Shown in pieces: positions 9,746-19,702 of a stretch of DNA of 57,332 nt. The position numbers were made by a program, and so were the translations under genes. This DNA comes from Myxococcales bacterium (lineage in GTDB: Bacteria; Myxococcota_A; Polyangia; Polyangiales; Polyangiaceae), in the NCBI GenBank assembly GCA_043747615.1, contig JAYTOU010000055.1:1-57332 (forward strand), given 5' to 3'. The notes beneath the pieces were generated by a model. The model had not been told where the DNA came from and did not search any database. It worked only from the letters and a program-made list of their open reading frames with translations. The first letter of the stretch is position 1; every line of letters begins with the position of its first letter.

Positions 9746-9810
9746 CTCGCCAAGCTAGACGACCTTCGCAGAAGGTGTCGCGTCATAAACATCACGCGAG
9801 CTCGCTTGTT

Positions 9811-10065
9811 TCATAGGTTTTCGACCGTCTTGAGCATCTCCGGAATGAAGTGCGTCCTCGGCTTGAGGAGCAACTGCCGGGCAGCACCTGGGCGCACGAG
9901 GATTGTCGCGGTGTGCTCGTTGAGCCCCTTGCCGCCCATGGCGTCATCTTTGAAATAGACCTTTTGGCCGTTGGCATCGGTCAGAGCTCGGAAGTCGTCT
10001 TCGGCGTAGGCCGAGCTGGCGAGAGTGAACAGCGCGAGGGCCATGAAGAAGGGTTGCGGTCTCAT
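9811..10065 (-). CDS. Small secreted protein, CglF/GltF-like (myxobacterial gliding-complex family)
   Basis: Signal peptide ending AYA; F.DD...G motif and C-terminal LL.PRTHFIPEMLKTVENL, resembling GltF family C-termini as I recall them. Confidence 0.6.
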   Translation of the reverse strand: MRPQPFFMALALFTLASSAYAEDDFRALTDANGQKVYFKDDAMGGKGLNEHTATILVRPGAARQLLLKPRTHFIPEMLKTVENL

Positions 10066-10115
10066 GATCCATGGACCCGCAAGCCCCCAAGCCCTTGGGG
10101 GCAATCAAGACATGC

Positions 10116-12374
10116 CTAGAGGAGCTGCATCGGATCGACGTCGATCGACGCGCGCACTGTTCGGGCGAGGTCGCCCCTCGCGTTCTCGATGGCAAGGAGC
10201 GTCTTTCGGAGCGCGGGGCGATCGGGCGACTTGAGCATCACGCGAAAACGAAAGCGCTGGCGCAGGCGAGCGATCGGAGCCGGCGCGGGACCGAGGACCT
10301 CCACGCTCGTCCCCTTGGCCGCGGCACGGGCCACCTCGGCTAGGCGCGCGCAGGCAGCGAGCGCGACAGGCTCTTCCGGATCGTCGACACGAATGAGCGC
10401 CACCCTAGAAAAAGGCGGGTATCCGAGCTCACGACGATCGGTCAGCTCGCGCTCGATGAACCCCAGCACGTCGTGGTGCGTGGCGAGCACGATGGCAGGA
10501 TGCTCGGGGTCGTAGGTCTGAATGAAGACCCGACCCGGTCTGTCTCCCCGCCCCGCGCGACCAGCCACTTGCACGAGAAGATGGAAGGCGCGCTCGGCGG
10601 CGCGAAAATCCGGGATGGAAAGCGCGGCGTCGGCGTTGATCACCCCGACCAATGTGACGAACGGAAGATCGTGCCCCTTGGTCACCATCTGCGTACCGAC
10701 CAAAATGTCCACCTCGCGCGAGCGCACCTTGGAGAGCACTTTGTCGACCGAGCGACCGCTCGCGACGTCACGATCGAGCCGCGCGATGCGTGCATCAGGA
10801 AATGCCGCGCCTAGCGTCTCTTCGAGTTTTTCCGTGCCGAGCCCTTCCAACAGGAGAGAGCGGCTGCCGCATTTCGAGCAGCTCGCGGCCATCTGCGTGC
10901 GGTGATCGCAGTAGTGGCAGCGCAGGCTGGCTCCACCTTTTTTGTGAAACGTCAGAGCGACCGAGCACGACGGGCAGGACACCATCTGCCCACACGAAGT
11001 GCAGCGCACGCTCGGCGCGAAGCCGCGACGGTTGAGAAAGAGGATCGTCTGCTCGCCTGCCTTGAGCGTCTCCTCGATCGCACGATGAAGCGGAATGCTG
11101 AGGCGCTTGTCTCCGGTCGGTCCCGCTCCGATCCGGCGCAGATCGATCACCTCGACCCGCGGCAGGGCCTGGGAGCGCGCGCGGTCAGGTAAAACGAGCT
11201 TCGTTGCTTTTCCGGTGCGCGTCAGGTGCTCGCTCTCGAGCGACGGCGTCGCGCTTCCAAGAACGCACACTCCGGAGGCGCGATGGGCTCTCAGAATCGA
11301 CATGTCGCGCGCGCTGTATCGCACGCCTTCTTCTTGCTTGAACGATGGGTCGTGCTCTTCGTCCACCACGATGAGGCCGAGCGATTGTACCGGCGCGAAG
11401 AGAGCGCTCCGTGCACCGATGGCCACGTCGACTTCTCCGGTGCGGAGACGTCTCCACATCTCGAGTCGCTCGCGCGGAGTGAGGCCAGAGTGAAGAACCG
11501 CCACGTCGTCGCCGAAGCGAGAGCGAAATCGGGAGACGAGCTGAGGAGTGAGCGCAATCTCGGGAACGAGGACGATCGAGCCTTTTTTTGCGGCCCGCGC
11601 GGCGACGATGGCCCGCAGGTAGACCTCCGTTTTCCCCGAGCCCGTCACCCCGTGAAGGAGGAACGTGGCTCCTTTGCCGTCGCGAAGAGCGGCGGAGATT
11701 TCGCCCACCGCGCTCTGTTGAGGAGCGGTCGGCTCGGGTGGCACATCGCGCGCGATCGCTCCCGCGAAGAAGGGATCACGAGGCGCATCGCGGGCATCGA
11801 TCTCCACGAGCGCGAGGCCGCTCAATTTCTTCACCGCTGCGCGTGCGTTGCCCCATTTCTCCTCGAGCCGCGCCAAGGGAACCTCTCCGAGCGCGCGAAC
11901 GTGAGCGAGGATCGCGGCCGCTTGGCCTCCCAGCGTCGCTCGCCCTTCCTCGCCTCCCGGGGGGGCCGACTTCGCCGACGCCTTCACCCACTGCACGCGG
12001 CGCGCGGAAATGCCTTTCTTGGGCGCAAAAAGCGAGAGCTCGGCGACCTCGCTTGCGTCGTGTCGCTCGATGGGCGGAAGAGCGAGGCGCATCACCTCGC
12101 CGATGGGAGCAAGATAGTACGCCGAGAGATCACGGAGGAACGCGAGCAGATCTTCCGGGACGGCGGGCACGTCGTCGAGCAGGCGAAGTAGCGGCTTGAT
12201 CCCTAGAGGCGGCTCCGCGTCGCGCGTCCCCAAGACTACGCCGATCGATCGACGATTGCCGAAACCACAGAGGACACGCGCGCCGGGGAGAACGCTGCCG
12301 GCCATCGCCGCAGGAATCGAATACGAGAAAATGCGCGCGAGAGGGACGGGAAGCGCGACGTCTGCGAGGAGCAC
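10116..12374 (-). CDS. priA: Primosomal protein N' (replication restart helicase)
   Basis: LLHGVTGSGKTEVY, VPEIALTPQ, VDEEHD.SFKQ, LNRRGFAP, four CxxC, GTQMVTKGHD, QVAGRAGR. Confidence 0.97.
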   Translation of the reverse strand: MLLADVALPVPLARIFSYSIPAAMAGSVLPGARVLCGFGNRRSIGVVLGTRDAEPPLGIKPLLRLLDDVPAVPEDLLAFLRDLSAYYLAPIGEVMRLALPPIERHDASEVAELSLFAPKKGISARRVQWVKASAKSAPPGGEEGRATLGGQAAAILAHVRALGEVPLARLEEKWGNARAAVKKLSGLALVEIDARDAPRDPFFAGAIARDVPPEPTAPQQSAVGEISAALRDGKGATFLLHGVTGSGKTEVYLRAIVAARAAKKGSIVLVPEIALTPQLVSRFRSRFGDDVAVLHSGLTPRERLEMWRRLRTGEVDVAIGARSALFAPVQSLGLIVVDEEHDPSFKQEEGVRYSARDMSILRAHRASGVCVLGSATPSLESEHLTRTGKATKLVLPDRARSQALPRVEVIDLRRIGAGPTGDKRLSIPLHRAIEETLKAGEQTILFLNRRGFAPSVRCTSCGQMVSCPSCSVALTFHKKGGASLRCHYCDHRTQMAASCSKCGSRSLLLEGLGTEKLEETLGAAFPDARIARLDRDVASGRSVDKVLSKVRSREVDILVGTQMVTKGHDLPFVTLVGVINADAALSIPDFRAAERAFHLLVQVAGRAGRGDRPGRVFIQTYDPEHPAIVLATHHDVLGFIERELTDRRELGYPPFSRVALIRVDDPEEPVALAACARLAEVARAAAKGTSVEVLGPAPAPIARLRQRFRFRVMLKSPDRPALRKTLLAIENARGDLARTVRASIDVDPMQLL

Positions 12375-13679
12375 TTAGAGCCCGAGCGCTCTTCCGAGGA
12401 GGATGGCGAGGACGAGCGCGAGAATCGCCGACAAAAACAGGACGATCGGCTTCGAACGCGAGGAGCGCACCTCGAGCGCTCGCACCACTGGCTTCGAGAG
12501 GTCGGGGGGCGTGGGAAGAGAAAGCGCAGCCGGCATCGCGCTCTGCGGGGTAGCCTCCGGCGGCGGCGTTGCGATGATCGGCGTCATCACCAGCGCGGGA
12601 CCTCGAGCAAGAGCCTGCGCCACGCGCTCGCGCATCCTTCGCATCTTGATCAGCTCGACCCCGAAATTTGCGACCATCCACTCGCCGAGCTTGAGCGGGC
12701 TCGCGCCGCGCTTCGACTCGACGACGTACGCCTCGAGCTCGCGCAGCATGGCGGCCGCCGAGGCGAAACGGTCTTCGCGATCCGGCGAGAGAGCCTTCCG
12801 AATGATGGCGTGGAGAACCTCCTCGTCGGGGAGACCGCGCGTCGGAAGCGGGGGAATTTCGGCCTTCCGCGCTTGCCCGAGGAGAGAGGCGCGCCCTTCG
12901 CCGAGCGGTTGCTTGTACATGCGCCGCCCTGCGAGAAGCTCCCAGAGCACGATGCCAGCGGCGAACACGTCGGCGCGAGCGTCGATTGGATCTCCGCGAG
13001 CGTGCTCAGGGCTCATGTACCCCGCCTTCCCTTTGATGGCGTCGTCGAGCGGGCGGGTCCTGGCGTCTTGCGGACGGGCGGCCTCCTCGGTGACGAGATC
13101 GTTGGCGTGGGCGATCCCGAAATCACAGACCTTCACCTCACCCTCGAACGAGATGAGAACGTTCGACGGAGACACGTCGCGGTGAACGATGCCGAGCGGG
13201 ATTTTCCCCGTGTCGTCCGAGCGGCGGTGGGCGTAGTCGAGGCCACGGAGCGCGGCGGACACGATGTAGATCGCGAACTCGACGGGGAGCGGGACCTTCT
13301 GCTCGGAGCACAGACGCAGCAGCGCGTTGAGGTCGAGCCCCTCGACGTACTCCATGGCGATGAAGAGTCGCCCCTCTTCTCGTCCGAGCTCGTGCACGAC
13401 CACGATGTTGGTGTGACTGAGATTCGCGGCGAGCTTCGCCTCGTGGATGAGCATCTCCAGGAAAGCGGAATTATCCGCGTATTCGAGGAGAATTTGCTTG
13501 ATCACGACCAGCCGCGAAAAACCGACGTCCATCGTCAATCGCGCGAGGTAGATCTCCGCCATTCCCCCCTTGCCGATGTAGTCGAAGAGCGTGTAGCGCC
13601 CGAAGGCCCGCGGCAGACGCATCCCAACGGGGATGCGCATTTGCGACGACGTTCGGCGGGGCTGTGCTTCCACGTGCAC
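12375..13679 (-). CDS. Ser/Thr protein kinase (Pkn2 type) with C-terminal TM anchor
   Basis: IGKGGMAEIY, VIKQI, HRDVSPSN, DFGIA, GKAGYMSPE, DVFAAG; hydrophobic C-terminus. Confidence 0.93.
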   Translation of the reverse strand: MHVEAQPRRTSSQMRIPVGMRLPRAFGRYTLFDYIGKGGMAEIYLARLTMDVGFSRLVVIKQILLEYADNSAFLEMLIHEAKLAANLSHTNIVVVHELGREEGRLFIAMEYVEGLDLNALLRLCSEQKVPLPVEFAIYIVSAALRGLDYAHRRSDDTGKIPLGIVHRDVSPSNVLISFEGEVKVCDFGIAHANDLVTEEAARPQDARTRPLDDAIKGKAGYMSPEHARGDPIDARADVFAAGIVLWELLAGRRMYKQPLGEGRASLLGQARKAEIPPLPTRGLPDEEVLHAIIRKALSPDREDRFASAAAMLRELEAYVVESKRGASPLKLGEWMVANFGVELIKMRRMRERVAQALARGPALVMTPIIATPPPEATPQSAMPAALSLPTPPDLSKPVVRALEVRSSRSKPIVLFLSAILALVLAILLGRALGL

Positions 13680-13697
13680 CTTGCGCGCGTACGATTT

Positions 13698-14126
13698 CTA
13701 TCTTGTCGCGGAAGCCGACGGGGCCGGGAATTGCGGGAACCCGCTGGGCAGAGACGACGGAAATCCGCTCGGAAACGCGGAGGGAAATCCGCTCGGGAAC
13801 GTCCTCGGAAAGTTGCTCGGCAGCGTGGAAGGGATGGCAAAAGGGTTCGTAGCGGCCGCGACGCCGCCATCGGTGGCGGATACGAAGACCGTGCCGCCGT
13901 CCGGAAGTTTCTTCGGAGTCACGTGGAGGTGCGGGGCGCCTGGCGTCACGGTCGCGAGCGCGGAGGCGGTGGGTGCAGCGGTGTCCGTGGACACGGGCGC
14001 TGCGGTCTCGGCGGCCGGTGGGCTGGCATCTGCGCCGCTCTTCTTCTTGAGGAGATCGCAGGCCGTGAGCGCAACAGGAAGAGCGACGAGGGCCGCGAGA
14101 ACGAGGAGCGGACGCAGGGATTTCAT
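13698..14126 (-). CDS. Small lipoprotein with PSxF tetrapeptide repeats
   Basis: Lipobox MKSLRPLLVLAALVALPVALTAC; tail PSTLPSNFPRTFPSGFPSAFPSGFPSSLPSGFPQFP. Confidence 0.7.
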   Translation of the reverse strand: MKSLRPLLVLAALVALPVALTACDLLKKKSGADASPPAAETAAPVSTDTAAPTASALATVTPGAPHLHVTPKKLPDGGTVFVSATDGGVAAATNPFAIPSTLPSNFPRTFPSGFPSAFPSGFPSSLPSGFPQFPAPSASATR

Positions 14127-14357
14127 GGGCGCATACCTTACCACGCGCCTCAGCCCAGCGGAGTCTCGAGGAGCTTTGCGGCCAGGCTCTCGTAAACGAC
14201 GCGGCGCGGGTCGTCGGCGCATGAAGATGCATCTGCATCAACGGAACGGCCGCCGCGAGCGAATCGAATTGCGGCAGAATCCAGCCGAGCCTGGGTGAGG
14301 CGCACCGATCGTCCGGCGAGGGTAGCCATCCTACTTTTGTGCCCGCATAATGTGAGC

Positions 14358-15833
14358 ATGACGTCTTCGGGCGACGAAGGAGCGCCCCCGCGTCTCGGGA
14401 GCATGCGCCCAGAGCGCGACGAGGAGCCGGAGAAGCTCGTCGAACAGCTGGCCGAGAAGCGCCCCGACCGGCCACCCACGTCCAGGCTCGGACGGCTGGC
14501 GAGGCTGACCGCGCTTGCGCCACGCGCCCTTCCGCTGGCCGCAGAGGCGATGAAGCGCGCCGTCGGCATCAAGCGCAACGAAGACCAAGCAGAGATCGCG
14601 CGAAGAAAGATGGTGGCCTCGGCGAAGAGCACCGCGCACGCCATGCTGAAGACCTTGGGGGAGATGAAGGGCCTTCCGCTCAAGCTCGGGCAGATGGCCT
14701 CGTACATTGATGGTCTCGCTCCGCCAGGCTACGAAGAAAAGTTTCAAGAGGTGCTGAAGAAGCTCCAATCCAAGGCTCCTCCGTTGTCACGCGGCGCCGC
14801 GGTGAAGGTGGTGACCGAAGAGCTGGGCTCGCCTCCGAGCGAGGTGTTCGCAGAGTGGGAAGCCGATCCCTTTGCAGCCGCGAGCATCGGCCAGGTGCAT
14901 CGCGCCGTCACCCGCGGCGGAGACAGCGTGGCGGTGAAGGTGCAGTACCCGGGGATCGACAAAGCGATCGAAAACGATCTGAAGAGCATTTCTCTTCTCG
15001 AGAGCATGGTCGCGCCGGTCGGTCGCCGTTACCACTCGAAGGAGACGCTCGAAGAAGTGAAGAGCGTCTTTCTCGCGGAGCTTGACTACGCGCGTGAAGC
15101 AGAGACCGCCGACACCTTCCGCCGCATTCACGTCGACGATCCAGAGATCGTGATCCCGCGCGTGCATCACAGCTTGACCACCCGCCGCGTGCTCACCTGC
15201 GACATGATGGGCGGTGTCGACTACGCAACCTTCTGCGCCGAAGCGTCGAAGGAAGATCGCAACGCGGCGGGCAAGACGATCTGGCGCTTCATGTTCCGCG
15301 CGCTCTTCAAGCACGGGATCCTCTACGCCGACCCGCATCCCGGAAATTACCGCTTCTTGGGCGGCGGGAGCGTGGCTTTCCTCGATTTCGGTTGCGCCAA
15401 GGTGCTCCCGCCGGAGCTCGTCGCGGGGATGAAGCGCTACACCGTCGCCGCCCAGGACGGCGACTGGCTGGAGTTCGATCGCGCGTGCGTGGACGTGCTC
15501 GGCTACGACCCCAACGATCCCGAAGGGTGGCCGCTGTACACGGCGTACACGAAGTTCCTCCTCACCCCGATGACCACCGACGGCGACTTCGAGTACACCC
15601 ATCATTTCGCGCGCGAAGCCGTGGCGTACCTCGTGCGCCACGGGCGCAAGATCGTGTTTCGGCCAGACGAAAAGCTCCCGAGCCTGCCGCGACCCATCCA
15701 CATGCCGACGGACCACACGTTCGTCAACCGTCTCCAATGGGGGCTCTCGAGCGTGCTCGCGGGCCTCGGCGCCGAAGGGAATTGGCGTAGGATAACCGAC
15801 CCGTGGCTACGAGGCCCGCTCGCCAGATCCTGA
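14358..15833 (+). CDS. AarF/UbiB (ABC1) atypical kinase
   Basis: LGEMKGLPLKLGQMAS, PFAAASIGQVH, VAVKVQYPGI, ELDY.REA, ADPHPGN, LDFG. Start set at ATG 14358 (ORF open from 14295). Confidence 0.92.
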   Translation: MTSSGDEGAPPRLGSMRPERDEEPEKLVEQLAEKRPDRPPTSRLGRLARLTALAPRALPLAAEAMKRAVGIKRNEDQAEIARRKMVASAKSTAHAMLKTLGEMKGLPLKLGQMASYIDGLAPPGYEEKFQEVLKKLQSKAPPLSRGAAVKVVTEELGSPPSEVFAEWEADPFAAASIGQVHRAVTRGGDSVAVKVQYPGIDKAIENDLKSISLLESMVAPVGRRYHSKETLEEVKSVFLAELDYAREAETADTFRRIHVDDPEIVIPRVHHSLTTRRVLTCDMMGGVDYATFCAEASKEDRNAAGKTIWRFMFRALFKHGILYADPHPGNYRFLGGGSVAFLDFGCAKVLPPELVAGMKRYTVAAQDGDWLEFDRACVDVLGYDPNDPEGWPLYTAYTKFLLTPMTTDGDFEYTHHFAREAVAYLVRHGRKIVFRPDEKLPSLPRPIHMPTDHTFVNRLQWGLSSVLAGLGAEGNWRRITDPWLRGPLARS

Positions 15834-17032
15834 TCCCGGCCGTTTCGTACGGCGACCCCACGAGCGAGAACATGCTCGTGCGAGGGGACAACCTTGCCGT
15901 GCTCGAGTGGCTGAGCGCTTCCCACCAGGGTAAGTTTCGCTGCATCTACGCCGACCCGCCGTTCAACACCGGGCGGAAGTTTGCAGAATACAACGACGCT
16001 TGGAGCCCTGGACTATGGCGGGAAATGATGGGCGCGCGGCTCGAGGCGATGCGGCCTCTCCTCGCCGAGGACGGCGCCATCTTCGTCGAGATCGACGACA
16101 CCCAGCTCGGTGATCTCCTCGCGCTGATGGACGCGACGTTCGGCCGAGACAACCGCGTCTCGACGGTCACCGTGGTGCGAAGCGCCGCGACCGGACACAA
16201 AGCGATCAACCGCGGCCCGACGAACGTGAGCGATTTCTTGCTCGTCTACGCCAAGAACCGCGCGGCATGGCGCGCTCACCCTCAGTGGAAAAAGCGTGAC
16301 GGACGAGACGCAGCGTACTCCACGTACGTGGTGAACCGCGACGATCCACCGGCGAGCTGGACGTTCGAGCCTCTCGCCAAAGCGGTGGCGCGATCGCTCG
16401 GCCATGCTGGGCGAAGCGCTGCGACGCAGGTCCTCGGAGCCGACGGATTCGAGCGCGCGGTGATGCGATTTTCCCTAGAGAACGCCATGAGCGTGGTTCG
16501 CTTTGCCCAACCTCGTTACGACGCGGTGAGCATCGAGGCTCGAAGTTGGATCGACCGATCGACCAAGCTCCCCGAGACCGTGCTCGTGCTCGAGCGGGGG
16601 CAGCTCCGTCCACTCGTCCTGCGCGCTGGAAATCGAATTCTCTTTCTTTCGGACAAAGTGCGAATCGAAAATGGCGAACGCGTTCTCGTCGAGCCGCTCA
16701 CCAACGTGTGGAACGACGTCCCGTTTCAGGGAATTTCTCGCGAGGGCGGAGTGACCTTCGTTCGCAACAAGAAGCCGGAGCGCCTCCTCGAGCGCGTCCT
16801 TCGCCTCTCGACGTCCCCCGGCGATTGGGTGCTCGATCCCTTTCTCGGCAGCGGCACCACGGCAGCAGTCGCGCACAAAATGGAAAGGCGCTATGTAGGC
16901 GTGGAGGTCGGGAGCACCTTCGATGATCTTTGCGTGCCGAGATTGAAGCGCGTCGTCGACGGCGAAGATGCGACGGGCGTCACGCGTTCGAGTGGCTGGC
17001 GCGGAGGGGGCGGCTTTGGCACTTACACCTGA
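15803..17032 (+). CDS. Site-specific DNA methyltransferase (N6-A/N4-C, beta class, type III Mod-like), orphan
   Basis: GDNL, CIYADPPFNTG (motif IV) precedes KKPERLL and VLDPFLGSGTTAAVAHKM (motif I); ends GWRGGGGF. Confidence 0.88.
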   Translation: MATRPARQILIPAVSYGDPTSENMLVRGDNLAVLEWLSASHQGKFRCIYADPPFNTGRKFAEYNDAWSPGLWREMMGARLEAMRPLLAEDGAIFVEIDDTQLGDLLALMDATFGRDNRVSTVTVVRSAATGHKAINRGPTNVSDFLLVYAKNRAAWRAHPQWKKRDGRDAAYSTYVVNRDDPPASWTFEPLAKAVARSLGHAGRSAATQVLGADGFERAVMRFSLENAMSVVRFAQPRYDAVSIEARSWIDRSTKLPETVLVLERGQLRPLVLRAGNRILFLSDKVRIENGERVLVEPLTNVWNDVPFQGISREGGVTFVRNKKPERLLERVLRLSTSPGDWVLDPFLGSGTTAAVAHKMERRYVGVEVGSTFDDLCVPRLKRVVDGEDATGVTRSSGWRGGGGFGTYT

Positions 17033-19256
17033 CGGCGCGTCAACACGGTTCCAGCCGGCACGATCGCTCGCGGGGGCTGCGTTCGTGGCTGTCTTCGCGG
17101 CGGCTTGCGCACGTCACGATGCTCCCCAGCCCGCGGCGAGCGCCCAGCTCACGGGCGGCGATGGAGAGAGCCTCGCGGCTGCCGCGGACGGAGCGGCCAT
17201 CACCTATCCGTGGGCCGAAGCGGTCCGTTTCGAGCGCTGGGGCGATGCCGCGCGCGGACTCGATGCCCTGTCGCCGGCGGAGAAGGACCGACCGGAGATC
17301 CGCTACGTGCGCGCCCGCGTCGCTCTCGCGCAAGCCGACTCGAAGACCGCCGTGAGGCTGCTCGAGGGGCTCGATTCCCAGCTTCCTCTCATCGCTGATG
17401 ACGTCGCTCGTTACCGCGCAGACGCTAAGCTGGTGGCCGGTCCGTTCCTCGAGGCGGCAGAATATTTTGCGTCGCGCTCTACGCCCAGCGCGCTCCTCAA
17501 GGCGTCACACGCGTTCGAGAAGGCGGGGGATTCCACGCGCGCACGGGGGGCGTGCGACCGAGTCATTTCCCACGATCGACACACCCGCGGCCAAGAAGCA
17601 GAGGCCCGTGCGCGACGAGTTCGTCTCGCGGTACGGACGGCGGGCGAAGATGCAGCTGACGCGCGGTGGATCTCGGTATACGCGCCCGATCTCGCCGCGG
17701 CGAAGGAGGCTGAGACAGCCCTCACCCGTCTCGATGCGGCGCACCCACTCACCACCGACGACCAAATGACGAGGGCCCACGCCTTCGTCGAAGCGGGGCA
17801 AACGGACGAAGCGCTGCACGCCGTCGATCGCGTGGCGTCGTCACCGGGGCGAGCCATTCCTCCGCTCGATCGCATGCGGGCGAAGGCAGACGCGCTCTTT
17901 CGATCACATGGGCGTTACCTCGACGCTGCGAAGGCCCTCGACGAATGCGCGGCTATCGGAGGGGTCCACGCCGCGGAAGATTCGTTGCATGCAGCTCGAG
18001 CCCTGTCGCGCGCGGATCACGACGATGAGGCGATCGACCGTTACGCAGCGGTGGCCCGGCGCTACCCGCGAACCACGTGGGCCGACGAGGCCACGTTTCT
18101 CGGGGCAAGGCTGCATTTCCTCCACGCGCACTGGCAAAAGGCGGCGGCCGCATTCGACGCGTATGCCCACCAGTTTCCCTCCGGGGCCGAACGAAAAGAG
18201 GCGGCACGGCATCGGGCCATCGCCCACTTGATGATCAAGGACAACATGCTCGCGCGAAAACTGTTCGAGCAGATCGCCGACGACGAAGGTGACACGCTGG
18301 CGGCAGCGCAGGCGGGCGAGCTCGGTGCTCTCGCTGCTTTCAGAGAAGGAGATCGACTGCACGCGATCGCGCGATGGAGCGAAGTCGCGCGCTCAAAGCC
18401 CCTGTCATGGCCCGCCCTCACCGCTCGCGCACGCCTGATTGAAGCGCACGCTCCGCTCCCGGCGATCATCGAAGTTGCCGACGGTGGAACCGCGCCGGAT
18501 CCCCTCGCCGTGAAGCTTCCACCACCGGTCGACATGCTCCACCGCGTGGGCCTCGATGGCGACGCAGAAGTCGAGTTGCGTGAACGCGAAGCGGTGGTGA
18601 CGGGGAGCGCCGTCGGGCGCACGACCGAGGCGCTTTGTGCCGCGTACGGTCAGCTCGGGCGCGCAAAACGCCGTTTTCAGATTGCGCAGCAAATTCCCGG
18701 AGCGTTGCTCGGTGTCGCTCCCGGCCCGAAGAATCGCTGGGCGTGGGAATGCGCATTTCCTGCTCCGTACGGAGAAGACGTTCGCTCAGGCGAAGCGACG
18801 TCCCATCTGCCCGAGGGGCTGGTCTACGCCGTGATGCGTCAGGAGAGCGGCTACGATCCGGAGGTCGTGTCCGCGGCGCGCGCAGTGGGGCTCCTTCAGC
18901 TTCTTCCCGAGACGGCGAGGGCCGTTGCCGCCGAGGCGGGCCTCCCGCACGACGACGCGATGCTCACCAGTCCGCCGCACAACATCGCTCTCGGCGCGCG
19001 CTACCTGCACTCGCTCCTCGACAAGTTCCACGGACAAATTCCGCTCACCGTCGCCGGCTACAACGGAGGTCCGGATGTCGTGGCGAGGTGGGCGACGCGC
19101 ATGCGCGGCATGGAGATGGACGTCTTCGTCGAGCAGATTTCGTTTCCAGAGACGCGCGGGTACGTGGTCCGCGTGATGGGAAATTTGGCTCGCTATGCGT
19201 TCTTGAGAGGCGGAGAAAAAGTCGTCACGCCAGCGACCCTCACGCTCGGAGACTGA
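17016..19256 (+). CDS. Soluble lytic transglycosylase (SLT) with TPR scaffold, probable lipoprotein
   Basis: AVMRQESGY, AVGLLQLLP.TA, AGYNGGP, ETRGYV; lipobox FAAAC. TTG 17016 has GGAGG upstream. Confidence 0.88.
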   Translation: MALTPDGASTRFQPARSLAGAAFVAVFAAACARHDAPQPAASAQLTGGDGESLAAAADGAAITYPWAEAVRFERWGDAARGLDALSPAEKDRPEIRYVRARVALAQADSKTAVRLLEGLDSQLPLIADDVARYRADAKLVAGPFLEAAEYFASRSTPSALLKASHAFEKAGDSTRARGACDRVISHDRHTRGQEAEARARRVRLAVRTAGEDAADARWISVYAPDLAAAKEAETALTRLDAAHPLTTDDQMTRAHAFVEAGQTDEALHAVDRVASSPGRAIPPLDRMRAKADALFRSHGRYLDAAKALDECAAIGGVHAAEDSLHAARALSRADHDDEAIDRYAAVARRYPRTTWADEATFLGARLHFLHAHWQKAAAAFDAYAHQFPSGAERKEAARHRAIAHLMIKDNMLARKLFEQIADDEGDTLAAAQAGELGALAAFREGDRLHAIARWSEVARSKPLSWPALTARARLIEAHAPLPAIIEVADGGTAPDPLAVKLPPPVDMLHRVGLDGDAEVELREREAVVTGSAVGRTTEALCAAYGQLGRAKRRFQIAQQIPGALLGVAPGPKNRWAWECAFPAPYGEDVRSGEATSHLPEGLVYAVMRQESGYDPEVVSAARAVGLLQLLPETARAVAAEAGLPHDDAMLTSPPHNIALGARYLHSLLDKFHGQIPLTVAGYNGGPDVVARWATRMRGMEMDVFVEQISFPETRGYVVRVMGNLARYAFLRGGEKVVTPATLTLGD

Positions 19257-19312
19257 CTCACGAAAATTTCTGCCGATCTGGACACCACCGGACCATCCGC
19301 TACTTTTCTGGG

Positions 19313-19702
19313 GTGCAGTGCATGGTGTGCCAGCGACCGCTCCTTCAAGGGATGAGCGCGTGCGTGATCTGCGGCGCCGCCGTCGCGGCTCAACCGCCAC
19401 CTCAGGGCTACGGGCCTCAGCAAGGTTTTGCGCCCCTTCAAGCTCCGCAGCAGCAGCCGTTCTATCCGCTGGTCCGGCCGATCCACGCCGACAACAACTA
19501 CGCGGTCATCTCGCTCGTGTGCGGGCTGCTCGGCCTCATACCGTTTTGGATCGGCTTCCTCTTGTGCATCTGCGCGATCTCGTTCGGCGTCCTCGGCCTT
19601 CAGCGTTCCGCCCAGCTCCCGCTCGAGCGCGGCAAGGTGCCGGCGATCTTGGGACTCGTGCTCGGGATCATTTTCATACTTCCCGCGAGCTGCGGTCTCT
19701 GA
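19313..19702 (+). CDS. Zinc-ribbon plus DUF4190-like small membrane protein
   Basis: GTG start; CMVC..CVIC; Pro/Gln-rich linker; AVISLVCGLLG...AILGLVLG helices. Confidence 0.7.
   Translation: MQCMVCQRPLLQGMSACVICGAAVAAQPPPQGYGPQQGFAPLQAPQQQPFYPLVRPIHADNNYAVISLVCGLLGLIPFWIGFLLCICAISFGVLGLQRSAQLPLERGKVPAILGLVLGIIFILPASCGL

Noticed and set aside
14150..14329. Possible 59-aa minus-strand ORF (MATLAGRSVRL...LLETPLG) between the PSxF lipoprotein and the UbiB kinase
   Set aside because: No recognisable motif, and it occupies the divergent promoter region; insufficient support.
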